Source: Candidatus Omnitrophota bacterium
GTDB taxonomy: Bacteria > Omnitrophota > Gorgyraeia > Gygaellales > JBFMHM01
Direction of reading: 5' to 3'
Length of the DNA stretch: 64,000 nt
NCBI GenBank assembly: GCA_040753015.1
Contig: JBFMHM010000001.1
Location: 339,157 to 403,156 of the forward strand
In this document: positions 28,995 through 40,200 of the stretch, piece by piece
Layout: every line of letters starts with the position of its first letter
How positions within the stretch are numbered: position 1 is the first letter of the stretch
Translations under genes and position numbers: made by a program
Notes under the pieces: generated by a model
Seen by the model: only the letters and a program-made list of their open reading frames with translations
Database searches by the model: none
Told to the model about the DNA's origin: nothing

Positions 28995-30069
28995 TAATCT
29001 CCTTTAAATTCAAATTAGCACCGACCATCTTTATGATTAAATCGATTTTTTCTTTATCTTTAGGCCTTACTTTTACCGTTAAATCATGAATTGTACTTGA
29101 AGTTTTATAAGTATCGCTATCTGTTAAAATTACCGGAATATTTAATCTTTTTATTTTTTTAATTGTGTTTTTATCAGGCAATATGCCCCCGGTTAAAATT
29201 ATACCTGAAAGGCTAAACTTTGTTTTTTTTGACTTTGCAAGTTTTAAGGCGGTTAGAATTAAATCGCGCCTATCCCCAGGAGTAATAAGTAAACTATTCT
29301 TATCCTTAAAAAATTTTAGGGCATCACGCGGCGCCATCGCACCAACTACAATTTCTTCAATTAAATTATCAAGCTTTTCCCCCCAAATTAATTTATAACG
29401 CGTTTCATCTAAAATTTGATAAATCGACGGCGCAGACAGAACTGGATTATAGGGAATAGCCCCTAAAACATTTATACCAAAACGCTCTAATCCACGCCTT
29501 ATAAGCTTATCAATTTTATTGAATTTTTCAGGTATAACCTTATTAATTACAACACCTATAAGCTTTACACCTTCTTTATCAAAAAGTGCTTTATTCAAAA
29601 GGATCTCATCTATGGGCTTGCCAATACCGCCTGAAGATACAAGAATTACGCCTGCATCTAATAAACGCGCGACAACCGCATTAGAATGATCAAATACAGA
29701 ACCCACGCCTGCATGCCCTGTCCCCTCGACTACAACAAAATCTTTATCTTTACTAATTCTTAAAAAAGAATCCTTAATCCGACAAGTTAACTCTTCCTTA
29801 TCCGGATCATTAATATATTTTTCGGTGAAACCACGCTCGACAGCAATAGGACTCATATCTTTAATTGCCTCTTTAAAACCGAAAACTTCTTCGATAAGAA
29901 TAGAATCTTCATCTATTTTTTGCCCTTCTTCTTCTAAATAACGCTGCCCAATCGGCTTAATAAAACCAATATTTTTAAAAGAACTTTTTAAATTCGCAAT
30001 TAAGCCTAAAGAAACTGTGGTCTTACCTTCATTCTGGCTTGTTGCAGCTAAAAATATTTTTTTGGTCAT
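28978..30069 (-). CDS. Stand-alone Pta N-terminal-like regulatory domain protein (P-loop/BioD-like + DRTGG)
   Basis: 363 aa. GKTTVSLGL P-loop-like N-terminus. Resembles the N-terminal half of long E. coli-type Pta but is encoded as a separate gene that overlaps pta by 17 nt. Confidence 0.55.
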   Translation of the reverse strand: MTKKIFLAATSQNEGKTTVSLGLIANLKSSFKNIGFIKPIGQRYLEEEGQKIDEDSILIEEVFGFKEAIKDMSPIAVERGFTEKYINDPDKEELTCRIKDSFLRISKDKDFVVVEGTGHAGVGSVFDHSNAVVARLLDAGVILVSSGGIGKPIDEILLNKALFDKEGVKLIGVVINKVIPEKFNKIDKLIRRGLERFGINVLGAIPYNPVLSAPSIYQILDETRYKLIWGEKLDNLIEEIVVGAMAPRDALKFFKDKNSLLITPGDRRDLILTALKLAKSKKTKFSLSGIILTGGILPDKNTIKKIKRLNIPVILTDSDTYKTSSTIHDLTVKVRPKDKEKIDLIIKMVGANLNLKEIIDGCS

Positions 30070-30386
30070 AAAATATTGTTGATTTTTTCTTTTATCTCAC
30101 TCTTGCTTATTGCGCCAACAACCTGGCCAACAACCTGGCCATTTTTAAAAAACAATAGAGTAGGAATAGACATTATTCCATACTGGCTTGCAATATCAGC
30201 TGCATCATCGATGTTTAACTTAGCCACTTTAATTTTACCATCATAATCTTTAGCTATTTCATCAATTAACGGCGCAATCATTTTACAAGGGCCGCACCAA
30301 TTTGCCCAAAAATCAACTAAAGCGATTTCTTTATTTTCAATTATTTCTTTCTTAAAATTACTATTATTCAAATGTATGACTGGCAT
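30066..30386 (-). CDS. trxA: Thioredoxin
   Basis: 106 aa. WCGPCK active site. Confidence 0.9.
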   Translation of the reverse strand: MPVIHLNNSNFKKEIIENKEIALVDFWANWCGPCKMIAPLIDEIAKDYDGKIKVAKLNIDDAADIASQYGIMSIPTLLFFKNGQVVGQVVGAISKSEIKEKINNIL

Positions 30387-30435
30387 AAAAAATCCTTTCC
30401 GTTACTTTATAATAATTAATAAAGTTTAAATAAAT

Positions 30436-30464
30436 ATTATACTTGAATTTTAAGCTTTAGGCAA
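30436..30464 (-). promoter_or_regulatory. Sigma70-like promoter upstream of trxA
   Basis: Minus-strand TTGCCT, 17-nt spacer, TATAAT, about 50 nt upstream of the trxA ATG. Confidence 0.45.
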
Positions 30465-30552
30465 AAATTTTTTTCGGAAGCAGTCGGAAGCAGTTAAATA
30501 ATTACAGATTATAGTTATTTTTTAGATTTTCTTCTAAATGCATAGTTATTAT

Positions 30553-30936
30553 CTATCGTTCTTTATATTTATCGCTTATATTCAATATGCTATTAATATT
30601 ATCGATTTCCTTTTTTAAATCGCTCGTCTTTACAATAAAACCTGAAGCATTAAATTTATTCGCTAGCTCAAAACGCTCTTCATTAGAAAATGCCGTAATG
30701 ATAAATACTGGCAAATTTTTATCATTCTGCCGGATTTTTTTTAATACAGTTAATCCATCGATATCGGGCATTAATATATCCAATAGAACTGCATCAGGTT
30801 TTTCTTTCTTAACCTTAGACATCCCATCTTTACCATTTAACGCCGTAACTACTTCATAGTTATTAGCCTCTAAGCGATTGCGTATTAATTCTAAAAAATC
30901 TGGTTCGTCATCTATGACTAAAATTTTCTTCTTCAT
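30553..30936 (-). CDS. Single-domain response regulator (CheY-like receiver only)
   Basis: 127 aa. The DD pair, phospho-acceptor D (LLDILMPDIDG), T and K-P are all present. Confidence 0.8.
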   Translation of the reverse strand: MKKKILVIDDEPDFLELIRNRLEANNYEVVTALNGKDGMSKVKKEKPDAVLLDILMPDIDGLTVLKKIRQNDKNLPVFIITAFSNEERFELANKFNASGFIVKTSDLKKEIDNINSILNISDKYKER

Positions 30937-30950
30937 AACTGCCTCCTGGT

Positions 30951-32360
30951 TTAGCGTTTGGCACGAACATATCTAGTTTGCTCCTTGTTGCCTTTTAAAT
31001 ATTCATAAGTCCCCACTAATTTTCCTATCGAAATAATCCAACGATATAATATAAACTCAAAAAAACTTAAAAATACTAAATGGCTTATGTATTGCACTCT
31101 AAATACTTTTTGGCATCTAATAAACGCAAGGATAGATAATAACGATATAAGTATTTGTGATAAAACTATAAGTGCTAAAAAAGTAATAAATATATTTACA
31201 TTTAGCGCACCTATTAACCATCCCCATACTACAAAGCCGATGCTTGCTATCTCAAAGAATACACCTAAGACCTCATAGAAAATAAAATACGGTAAAGTTA
31301 AAAACGCAAAACTATTGTATCTAGGATTACAGAACATATATTTATATTTCCAGACAGTTTCATTGGTCACCCGCTGCCAGCGATTTCGCTGTGAGATAAG
31401 AGAACGAATATTGCTCGGGCCTTCTGTCCACCCAACATTGAACGGAAGCATTATTATTTTTAAGTTTCTATTTTTATTTTTTGCAATATAATCATGCGCC
31501 CTAAATGTAAGCTCAATATCTTCGCAGGTAAAATCCGGAGAAAAACCACCCAATTCATATAAAATATCTCTTCTCCATATAGCAAATCCACCAGCGAGTG
31601 TTGGCATTGCATTATACCTACTCCAGGCAATCCGGTTTCCGATAAAAGAACGAATATATTCCAAATTCTGATAAGCTATAAGAGGATTATATGAAAATGT
31701 TTTTTCAACTACCTTGCCGTCTTTTATCTTTATCCCATTTGAAAGGCTAAAATAACTGCCGATGCCAATTATTCTTTCGGCATCTTTCTCAACTGAAGCC
31801 ATAATTTTAAGCAGAGAGTCTGGCTCGAGTACAGTATCCGCATCGATCACGCATACATAGTCATTTTTTGAAATATTAAGCCCAGCGTTTACTGCGCCGG
31901 CTTTTTTAGTCCCTTTTTCTTTAAAAACAACCCTGACATTTGGATAAGATTGGCTCTTCAATATCTCAATTACTCGCCCGTCTTTATAATGCTTTACATA
32001 TTGCATTTCGATTGCTTTTAGCTTAAGCACAGCATTTAATATATTGATTGTATTGTCTGTTGAACCATCATCAACAACTATAAGCTCAAAGTTAGGATAA
32101 TTAAGCCCTACAACCGATAATACTGAATCACGTATCCATTCTTCTTCATTATGAGCCGGAATAATTATAGTAATAGGAATACAAACTTTTGAAAGATATA
32201 CAAGCGAGTAATTTTCTTCTTGGTTTTCTTTAGCACGCTTTCCGCCCTCAATAAGGCCAACAATGGCTAAAAGCAGGTAAAAAAAAGTTAGAATAATAAA
32301 GTAGGCAAAAAATATTATAAATACAATATAAATAATTTTTGGCGTAAAGATGCTTTCCAT
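30951..32360 (-). CDS. Membrane-embedded processive family-2 glycosyltransferase (PgaC/IcaA/NodC/BcsA-like synthase)
   Basis: 469 aa. N-terminal TM, GT2 domain with DDGS.DNT, DAD and QRNRWQR (QxxRW) motifs, then C-terminal TM helices. Confidence 0.7.
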   Translation of the reverse strand: MESIFTPKIIYIVFIIFFAYFIILTFFYLLLAIVGLIEGGKRAKENQEENYSLVYLSKVCIPITIIIPAHNEEEWIRDSVLSVVGLNYPNFELIVVDDGSTDNTINILNAVLKLKAIEMQYVKHYKDGRVIEILKSQSYPNVRVVFKEKGTKKAGAVNAGLNISKNDYVCVIDADTVLEPDSLLKIMASVEKDAERIIGIGSYFSLSNGIKIKDGKVVEKTFSYNPLIAYQNLEYIRSFIGNRIAWSRYNAMPTLAGGFAIWRRDILYELGGFSPDFTCEDIELTFRAHDYIAKNKNRNLKIIMLPFNVGWTEGPSNIRSLISQRNRWQRVTNETVWKYKYMFCNPRYNSFAFLTLPYFIFYEVLGVFFEIASIGFVVWGWLIGALNVNIFITFLALIVLSQILISLLSILAFIRCQKVFRVQYISHLVFLSFFEFILYRWIISIGKLVGTYEYLKGNKEQTRYVRAKR

Positions 32361-33649
32361 TATAGTTCTTTAATCTCTTTTCTTCGTTTCTTTTCTACAT
32401 GTTCTATAAATGCCTTATCAAGCCCGCTAATTTCTTCTAGAATAATCCGGCCTTCTTCGGGAGTAAAACTATTCAAAGCTGTCTCTATGCTAAAATGCCC
32501 GCGCGCCTTAATAATATCATTTATGAGTTTTAATGTGCCCATTTTTTCAACACTAGTTCCGGATAAAATTAATTGTAGCAGCCGCGGCATATAACCAGAA
32601 TCATCTATTGCTTCAATAGACAAACGCTTAGCAAATTCATCCTGGCCATTAAATAAATTTTTAATATAAGGAAGCGCGGCTTCTATATTTTTTGCAAATA
32701 CCTCTCGAATACTGGCCAATACTGATAGAGAACCATCGTTAATAAGCTCTATAATCAAAGGGATAGAATCGCCTCCTAATAAATTAGATAATGCGCTTAC
32801 AGCATGCTCCCGCACAAGCCAAGAGTTATCTTTTAAACAATTAACAAGCGTATCTTTTGCATCTTTTTTACCAGAAAGGCCGATACAATCACAAACAGCA
32901 GCACGCACTTCATTATTCTCATCTTTAATTAGGCCTATTAATTTATCAATATGCCTTGCAGTTTTAAATTTAGAGAGCAGTCGTAAGGCCCATAGTCTTA
33001 CTCCGGGATTAGAATCATTAATTAATTCTATTACATCATTGACAATATCTACCGGAAATTCTTGTAGTACAGAAATTATTTTGTATCGCAGAGAAGGCTG
33101 CTTTTTGAGTGCCTCTAATAAAATTTTTGCGGAAGGCATACTTTTTATCTGCCCTAAAGCTATTATCGAAAAATAAGCTAAATCCTGATCCCTGGAAAGC
33201 ACTGCTTTCCTAAAGAGGCCCATATTAGAATCTACGCCGGCATACCCTAAACTTAAAATAGCTTCGATACGGCGCCACTTATTACGTGAAAATCTTGCAA
33301 TTTTTTCTATCTTTACTATCTTCTCTTTTGAGAGAAAAAAATTCTTCAATAACTGTTTCTCAGACTCGTTAAAAAAAACTATGTCCCGATTTTTATTAGT
33401 TATAGCATCTAGAAATTGTTTAGGTGTTAAATTAACCCTAACATTAGAATACACCCCTGCCTCTTTACGTGGATTAGCCAAAATTAGTTCATAAACATGT
33501 TTCTTGACTTTTAATAAAACATTGCCTTTTTTAATATAAAAAAATTCTTTAAATAATGCATAAAATATAATTAATACAGCTATAAAAAGGACTGCTCCCA
33601 ATAAAATTAAATCAATAATAAAAATATAACCTTCATAATAATTATACAT
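32360..33649 (-). CDS. Membrane-anchored HEAT-repeat (PBS-lyase-type) protein
   Basis: 429 aa. N-terminal TM followed by repeated ..VR..A..AL.. HEAT-like units. Start codon overlaps the stop of the synthase gene. Confidence 0.55.
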   Translation of the reverse strand: MYNYYEGYIFIIDLILLGAVLFIAVLIIFYALFKEFFYIKKGNVLLKVKKHVYELILANPRKEAGVYSNVRVNLTPKQFLDAITNKNRDIVFFNESEKQLLKNFFLSKEKIVKIEKIARFSRNKWRRIEAILSLGYAGVDSNMGLFRKAVLSRDQDLAYFSIIALGQIKSMPSAKILLEALKKQPSLRYKIISVLQEFPVDIVNDVIELINDSNPGVRLWALRLLSKFKTARHIDKLIGLIKDENNEVRAAVCDCIGLSGKKDAKDTLVNCLKDNSWLVREHAVSALSNLLGGDSIPLIIELINDGSLSVLASIREVFAKNIEAALPYIKNLFNGQDEFAKRLSIEAIDDSGYMPRLLQLILSGTSVEKMGTLKLINDIIKARGHFSIETALNSFTPEEGRIILEEISGLDKAFIEHVEKKRRKEIKEL

Positions 33650-33650
33650 T

Positions 33651-34481
33651 TTAGAACTTAATGGCTAGACTAAAGTTAGCGCCTTTCTTAAAAAATTTTG
33701 GCCTTTCCATACTATTTGTATAACCTGCCCTAAAATTCACTCCTTCGCAAAGCTTGAGAGTAAAACCAGTATTTATGATATAGCCCAGCTCTTCGCTCGC
33801 ATCAAAACCATAAATATCATATAGACGCGAACCGTAACTAACACCTACATCAAATTTTAAAAAACTAGTAAGGGCAAAATCTCCCCTTAAGCTGCCAAAG
33901 AAAGAAAGCCCTCTGCCTTCTATTGCGGACGTACCATAAAAACCGCTAATATAACTATCGCCAAAATAATAAATTAACCCAGGCAATACTATATGAGTAT
34001 TCCCGCTCGAATAACCTTTAAATGTATAACCAAGCTGACCATATAAATTTTTTATAATCTTATGCCCATATTCTGCCAAAAATTGTGACTTATAAATAAA
34101 ACTCAGATTCCAGCCGCCGCCGCCTTCAAAATGTACGTATGAATCTTTAAAACTTAAATAAGCACCCATACTTGCAATATAATCTTTTTGATGAATACGT
34201 TTTAATTGAGATGAAGAAAAATAACCACGTATGTTTTTATGGCCATAACCTATTGTTCCTGTTGTCTCAATCCAGCGCCCTTTTGTTGCCCCTTGCAATA
34301 CCCTATTGGGCTCATAAAAAACATTGTAATAAACTTTATCTTTTTCTTCTATCACATCTTTTACAACAACAGCTGGCGGCACAATTTCTCTTAAGCGCCT
34401 TTCTGTATCAGTATCAGCGGCATAAAGATATAAATACATAAATAAAAATAATAAAATAGATAAAATAAATTTTTTTACCAT
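33651..34481 (-). CDS. Putative outer-membrane beta-barrel protein
   Basis: 276 aa. Signal peptide, alternating amphipathic strands, and a C-terminal ...SLAIKF with terminal Phe typical of OMPs. Confidence 0.45.
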   Translation of the reverse strand: MVKKFILSILLFLFMYLYLYAADTDTERRLREIVPPAVVVKDVIEEKDKVYYNVFYEPNRVLQGATKGRWIETTGTIGYGHKNIRGYFSSSQLKRIHQKDYIASMGAYLSFKDSYVHFEGGGGWNLSFIYKSQFLAEYGHKIIKNLYGQLGYTFKGYSSGNTHIVLPGLIYYFGDSYISGFYGTSAIEGRGLSFFGSLRGDFALTSFLKFDVGVSYGSRLYDIYGFDASEELGYIINTGFTLKLCEGVNFRAGYTNSMERPKFFKKGANFSLAIKF

Positions 34482-34873
34482 TATTTAGTTTTATATTTTT
34501 CGGCTATATAGATAGCATTGGTAATGCTATCTATTTCTTTCTTTAGATCAGCTGTCTTAACAATAAATCCTGTTGCGTTATATTTACTGGCCGCATTAAA
34601 CCTTGCTTCATTAGAAAAAGCAGTAACGATAAATATAGGAACTTTCTCATCTTTAATTCTTATCTGGCGAAGAACCTCTAAGCCATCAATTCCTGGCATA
34701 AGTATATCAAGTAGTATCGCATCTGGTTTTTCAACGCTAGCCTTCTCAATCGCATCCTTGCCATTAGTCGAACTAACAACCTGATAACCAACTGATTCTA
34801 GACGTAATTTAAACATCTCAATAAAATCTATCTCATCATCAACTAATAAAATTTTCTTTTTCTTTTCGGCCAT
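34481..34873 (-). CDS. Single-domain response regulator, paralog of 30553..30936
   Basis: 130 aa. About 55-60% identical to the other receiver, with the same ...GFIVKT.DLKKEID... C-terminus. Confidence 0.8.
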   Translation of the reverse strand: MAEKKKKILLVDDEIDFIEMFKLRLESVGYQVVSSTNGKDAIEKASVEKPDAILLDILMPGIDGLEVLRQIRIKDEKVPIFIVTAFSNEARFNAASKYNATGFIVKTADLKKEIDSITNAIYIAEKYKTK

Positions 34874-34884
34874 TAATATTCTCC

Positions 34885-35874
34885 TTAAATTTTACCCAGC
34901 TCTTGCGGATGTGTTTTAAAATAAAGATACATTTTTCTTAAGATATCATTCATTTTTATAACCGGTATTCTACCTGCAATCTTTTTAAGTTTTGTAAGAT
35001 CGGGGATACGTTTTTTTATATCCTGAAAATTCTTGCCATAATATTTTTCATACGGCTCAAATACTATTTTCGAAGAGCTTTTTGTTATTTTTTTTATAGC
35101 ATAAGCTAAATCTCTTATAGATATTTCATTAGTACTTCCTAAATTGATTACCTGGCCATCTGCTTTTTTACAATTAGTAAGTTTTATAATTATATCTATT
35201 GCATCATCAATATATGTAAAACAACGAGTCTGTGTCCCATCTCCATAAATATGAATAGGCTTATTTGTTAGCGCGCTCTTAAAAAATCGCGGAATAACCA
35301 TACCGTAATAACCTATCTGGCGCGGACCAATAATATTGAACAGTCTTACGATTACAACCGATAGCTTTCTTTCTCTATGATAACCAATTGCTAAAAATTC
35401 ATCGAGTAATTTTGAACAAGCATAACTCCAGCGATTAATATCCGGCGGACCAATAATAACATCACTACTTTCAGAAAAAGGATAAACTTTAGATTTTCCA
35501 TATACCTCTGAAGTGGAAGTTAACACTACCTTTACGCCATGGCTTGAAGCATATTTAAAAACCAGGTTTGTCGCAACGCTATCATATATAATTGTTTCTA
35601 GCGGTTTTTCTACAACATTTTTTACTCCGACTGTTGCAGCTAAATGATAAATAAGATCGCAATCTTCTATGGCCTTTTCTAATAATGTTTCATCAGTAAT
35701 CGAGCCTCTGATAATAGTTAATTTTTTGTTATGTTTAATATCCTCAATATTATCGGCTCTGCCGGTTGAAAAATCATCTAAGATACATACACTTTTTCCC
35801 ATTTTTAATAACATTCTTACAAGATGAGAACCAATAAATCCTGCTCCGCCTGTAACTAATATATTATTTTCCAT
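34885..35874 (-). CDS. NAD-dependent nucleotide-sugar epimerase/dehydratase (UDP-glucuronate decarboxylase / UDP-glucose 4-epimerase family)
   Basis: 329 aa. GGAGFIGSH Rossmann motif and YxxxK. Confidence 0.8.
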   Translation of the reverse strand: MENNILVTGGAGFIGSHLVRMLLKMGKSVCILDDFSTGRADNIEDIKHNKKLTIIRGSITDETLLEKAIEDCDLIYHLAATVGVKNVVEKPLETIIYDSVATNLVFKYASSHGVKVVLTSTSEVYGKSKVYPFSESSDVIIGPPDINRWSYACSKLLDEFLAIGYHRERKLSVVIVRLFNIIGPRQIGYYGMVIPRFFKSALTNKPIHIYGDGTQTRCFTYIDDAIDIIIKLTNCKKADGQVINLGSTNEISIRDLAYAIKKITKSSSKIVFEPYEKYYGKNFQDIKKRIPDLTKLKKIAGRIPVIKMNDILRKMYLYFKTHPQELGKI

Positions 35875-37205
35875 TATACTCTTCTTTCTATGATGTCATT
35901 GATCTCGTCTCTAATTTTCATACTATCATGCTGAATAAGATCTATTTTGCTTGAAAGATCGGCGACGATAACCTTTGCTTTTGTAATGTTAGAAATTTTT
36001 TTTAGATTGCCTATATCTACGGGATATTGATCCTTTTGGGCATATCTAACTAATTCCTTCTTAGGCAATTTACTATTATCTGCCAACAATATATAATCTA
36101 GATAATCTCCGCCTAAGTATTTTATAATTTCTTCTATATGATTTAATGAGTTATAATTTGAAGTCTCCCCGGGTTTAGTCATTAAATTACAAATATAAAT
36201 TTTTTTGGCCTTCGTATTTACAACGGCTTTACGAATATCTTTTATTATAAGATTAGTTATAATGCTTGTAAAAAGATCCCCCGGGCCTATCGTTATAAAA
36301 TCAGCATTTATGATGGCGGAATATGCATTAGCATCGCAAGGCACCTGTGGGTTATGCCAAATCTTTTTTATACGTAAATTACGTGCTCTGCCTCTGCATG
36401 AATCAATATTGCTTTCTCCTTTAATAATTTTACCGTTCTCAATAAGAGCATATAATACCGCCTCTTCATCTGCAACAGGATAGACAATACCGTTTAAATT
36501 CAACAACTCGCTAAGAGCGCTTACTGCTTCTGGCATAGAACTTTTTATATTAGTTAAAGCTGTAAGCAATAAATTCCCTAGGCTATGGCCATTTAGGCCG
36601 CCTCCCTTATCGAAACGATACTGCATAAGCTCGTTCATAATAACTGGTGCATTGGAAAGTGCAACAAGATTACGCCGTATATCTCCGGGCGGAAGTACTC
36701 CAAAAGATGCCCTTATTCTTCCAGAAGACCCACCATCATCTGTTGTACTAACTACTGAAGTAATAAGTGACTGCGGTATGGTTTTAATCCCCAATAATAG
36801 ATTGAAAAGCCCACTGCCGCCTCCGATACAAGTAATTCTTATCTTCTTATTAAATATTGCGTAGATCCTTAAAGCTAGCTCCCGCCGGCTGCAAGGCTTA
36901 AAACAATAATCCAAAATGCCATATTTTTTTGACAACTCCACAAACTTCAAATTCTTCTTAACTGAAAAAATGATAGAAGGTATTTTGGATCGCTTAATAA
37001 TTTCTAATACTTTCCAAAATAAACTAATATTATCTATATAAGAATCTTGATTAATAACGGCTATATCGAACTTTTTTGATTTTAATTTTGATTCAATTTC
37101 TGCATATTTATAAGCTGCGTCGGCTTCCAGTAGAAAACCTAAAAGCATCTGTTTAATTTCATTAACAAAACTTGTCGAACCAACTAATAAAATTTTTTTA
37201 TACAT
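35874..37205 (-). CDS. Fusion of a degenerate receiver-like domain with a YvcK/CofD-family (UPF0052) domain
   Basis: 443 aa. The first ~120 aa form a CheY-like fold that keeps K-P but lacks the acidic DD pocket. It is followed by GGGSGL....DDGGSSGR, typical of YvcK/gluconeogenesis-factor/CofD-like proteins. Confidence 0.65.
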   Translation of the reverse strand: MYKKILLVGSTSFVNEIKQMLLGFLLEADAAYKYAEIESKLKSKKFDIAVINQDSYIDNISLFWKVLEIIKRSKIPSIIFSVKKNLKFVELSKKYGILDYCFKPCSRRELALRIYAIFNKKIRITCIGGGSGLFNLLLGIKTIPQSLITSVVSTTDDGGSSGRIRASFGVLPPGDIRRNLVALSNAPVIMNELMQYRFDKGGGLNGHSLGNLLLTALTNIKSSMPEAVSALSELLNLNGIVYPVADEEAVLYALIENGKIIKGESNIDSCRGRARNLRIKKIWHNPQVPCDANAYSAIINADFITIGPGDLFTSIITNLIIKDIRKAVVNTKAKKIYICNLMTKPGETSNYNSLNHIEEIIKYLGGDYLDYILLADNSKLPKKELVRYAQKDQYPVDIGNLKKISNITKAKVIVADLSSKIDLIQHDSMKIRDEINDIIERRV

Positions 37206-40200
37206 TACCTTAAAGGGATTGTAAATGTAAAACGTGTACCTTTGCCAAATTCACTTTCTGCCCAAATTTTACCACCGTGTAACTCAATAAGGCCTTTTGC
37301 AATAGAAAGCCCTAGGCCTGTGCCTTTTTCTCCCGGGCCGGCAACTCGGTCAAATTGTTGAAATTTACCAAACAACTTAGGTAAATTTTCTTTAGCTATG
37401 CCCACACCGGTATCCTGAATAAAGCATTCTACACTACTGTCCTTCAAATAAACCCCCGCCTCAATAAATCCTTTTTGGGTAAACTTTATAGCATTGTTTA
37501 TTAAATTAACAAAAACTTGTGTCATTTTATCAGAATCAATAAAAACATCTATGCTATCTACTGGAATATTTAATCTTAATTCTAACCCTGCTTCCTTAAT
37601 TTTCGCATCAAAAGAAGCAGTAATTTTTCTAATTAAATCATTTAGATTAATTTTTTCCTTTTTTAATTCAATCCTGCCGGCTTCGATTTTAGAAATATCC
37701 AACATATTATCTATAATCCTGGCAAGCCTATCCATATTATCTTTTGAGATCGTAAGCATCTTTTTTTGCTGTTCGTTGATTTGTCCGGGGATCTCGTCTA
37801 AAACAAGGCTAATTCCTTCTTTTGTAATTGAAAGAGGAGTCCTTAGCTCGTGAGAAACCACAGAAACAAAATCCGTCTTTAATTGATCTATTCTTTGCAA
37901 TTCCCTATTTTTTTCTTCAAGTTCTTGCCTTGTCTTTACAAGATCAGAAATATCTTTAGCCAAATGCACCGAACCTCTAATTCCGCCATTATCGTCAAAT
38001 ATCGGGGATGTCGTTATAAGAAGCGGTATTCCAAGGACAGGGTCATTCACCTCTTCTGTATGCGCTTTATTATCAAGCATTGTTTTTGAATGCGGACAAT
38101 CAGGCCATGGTTTATCAGTCTTATGCACGATTTGATAACACTTTTTGCCAATCACATCTTTGGAGCTTAATTTAAAAATATCAAGGAATGCCCTGTTAAC
38201 CCTTACAATTCGATGCTCCTTATCTAAGATAAAAACTATATCGGTTATAGAATCAAAGGTGTCCTGCCACTCTTGAGCTGCTTTACTTATAATTTCTGAT
38301 TTTGTTTTTTCCTCAGTAATATCCCTTACTGTTGCCTGTAAGATTTTTTCTCCTTTTAATTCTATGCGGGTTAACAAAACTGTAGCAAAAAACTCTTTTC
38401 CGTCTATACTCCTATGTACCCATTCAAAATAATTTGTTCCTTTTTCTAAAGCTATAGCCATCATTTCCTGCGCTTTTACAACAGATAGCTTGCCATCAGG
38501 CTGGTACTTCGGTGATAAATCTGCCGGGCCCATTGATTTAAATTCTTCTTCATCTTTACACCCAAACAGCTTTATCGCAGCTGGATTCCCTGAAAGAAAT
38601 CCTTTTGCCGGACTAACTGTCATTATCGCATCCCATGAATATTCAACAAGAGCTGCCAAACGGGACATTTTATCTTCAGTTATACGCCGGGCAGTTACAT
38701 CTCGAAAAACTAAAATTACGCCTATAATATTTTTATTATCGTCCAAAATAGGCGCAGCGCTATCATCAATCGGCACGCTTGTACCATCTTTTTTAACTAA
38801 TAAAGTATGGTTACCTAAACCAACGATTACTTTATCCCGTAATACCTTATAAACGGGGCTTTCTACTTTTTCTAACGCACCTTCTTGTATAATATTAAAA
38901 ACTGTTTCGATTTTCTTTGCTTTAGCAGCCTCTTGATCCCAGCCTGTTAGTTTTTGGGCAACAGGATTTATAAACGTAATCAAACCATTGTTATCTGTAG
39001 CTATAACCGCATCCCCTATACTTCGAAGCATAGTTGAAACTAATTTTCTGTTTTCATCCAAGACACTCTCGGTTTTTTTCCTAACCATAATTTCTCTATT
39101 AAGATTATCTATTGAAGTAGTTTTATGCTCTATGTTATTTGCCATATCATTAAACATATTACCCAGGGCTTCGATTTCATCGCCTGTTTTTAATTTAATA
39201 CGATGCTCAAAGTTACCGCGGCTAAAATTCATAACCCCTTGAGATAACGCTAGCATCGGTTTAATAAAAATCCTACTTAAAATCATACCTGTAAGTATAG
39301 CGATTAAAATAGCTATAGCCATTACAAACCACAAAATAATCATTAATTTTGTTAAAGGCAAAAATGCCTCTTTCTTATCTTGGCTTATAAAAATCCACCA
39401 GTTTATACCATTTTCTTTTAAAATTTTGGCATCTATCTTGGTAAAAGCTAAGATTCTTTGGTCTTGATGTAAAGAATATTTACTTGACAGTATAAATCCT
39501 TCTGGTTGTGTAACTATTGCCTGAAATTCATCTTTACCGGTAATTTTTTCTGTGAATGGCCTCACTCCGGGATAAAAAATAATATCACCGTTGCTATCAA
39601 CTATAAATGCATGCCCGGTTTTGCCAATGTTAAGTTCAGCCACTGCCTGAAAAAACCGCTCAATAGGAAACACTGCTTTACAAACACCAATAAAAGTATC
39701 GTTATCATACACAGCCATAGCGACAGTAACTCCTAATGACTCTGTAGATTCATCAAAATTAATATCTCCTACATAGATACCTTTTGCGTAGGCCTTTTTC
39801 CACCACTCCTCATCTGCTTGATAAAAATCAGTTGTCTTGCCTGAAGCGCCAACTAAACCACCAAATTTATCAGTGATAAAAAATTCCTCTACTTCTAAGT
39901 TGGTATCTATAAAATCGGCGATATGCTCTGTACTAATATAATTTATTAAATATTCTTTTAATAATGGGCTATCCTCTGTGGCATTAATCCATTGGCGGTC
40001 TCTTTCAAGAAAATAAGCACTTATATTTTCTTGATCCATATTGCGGTATTGCTCATTAGCCTTTTTTATCTCCTCTATCACTAATGGCCTTAAAATAAAC
40101 TGCTGCATCTCAGATATTTCTTGATTAAAATTCCTTAAAAATGCACTACTGGATAATTTTGATATTTCTAAGAAATTATCTTTAATTGAATTAACTATTG

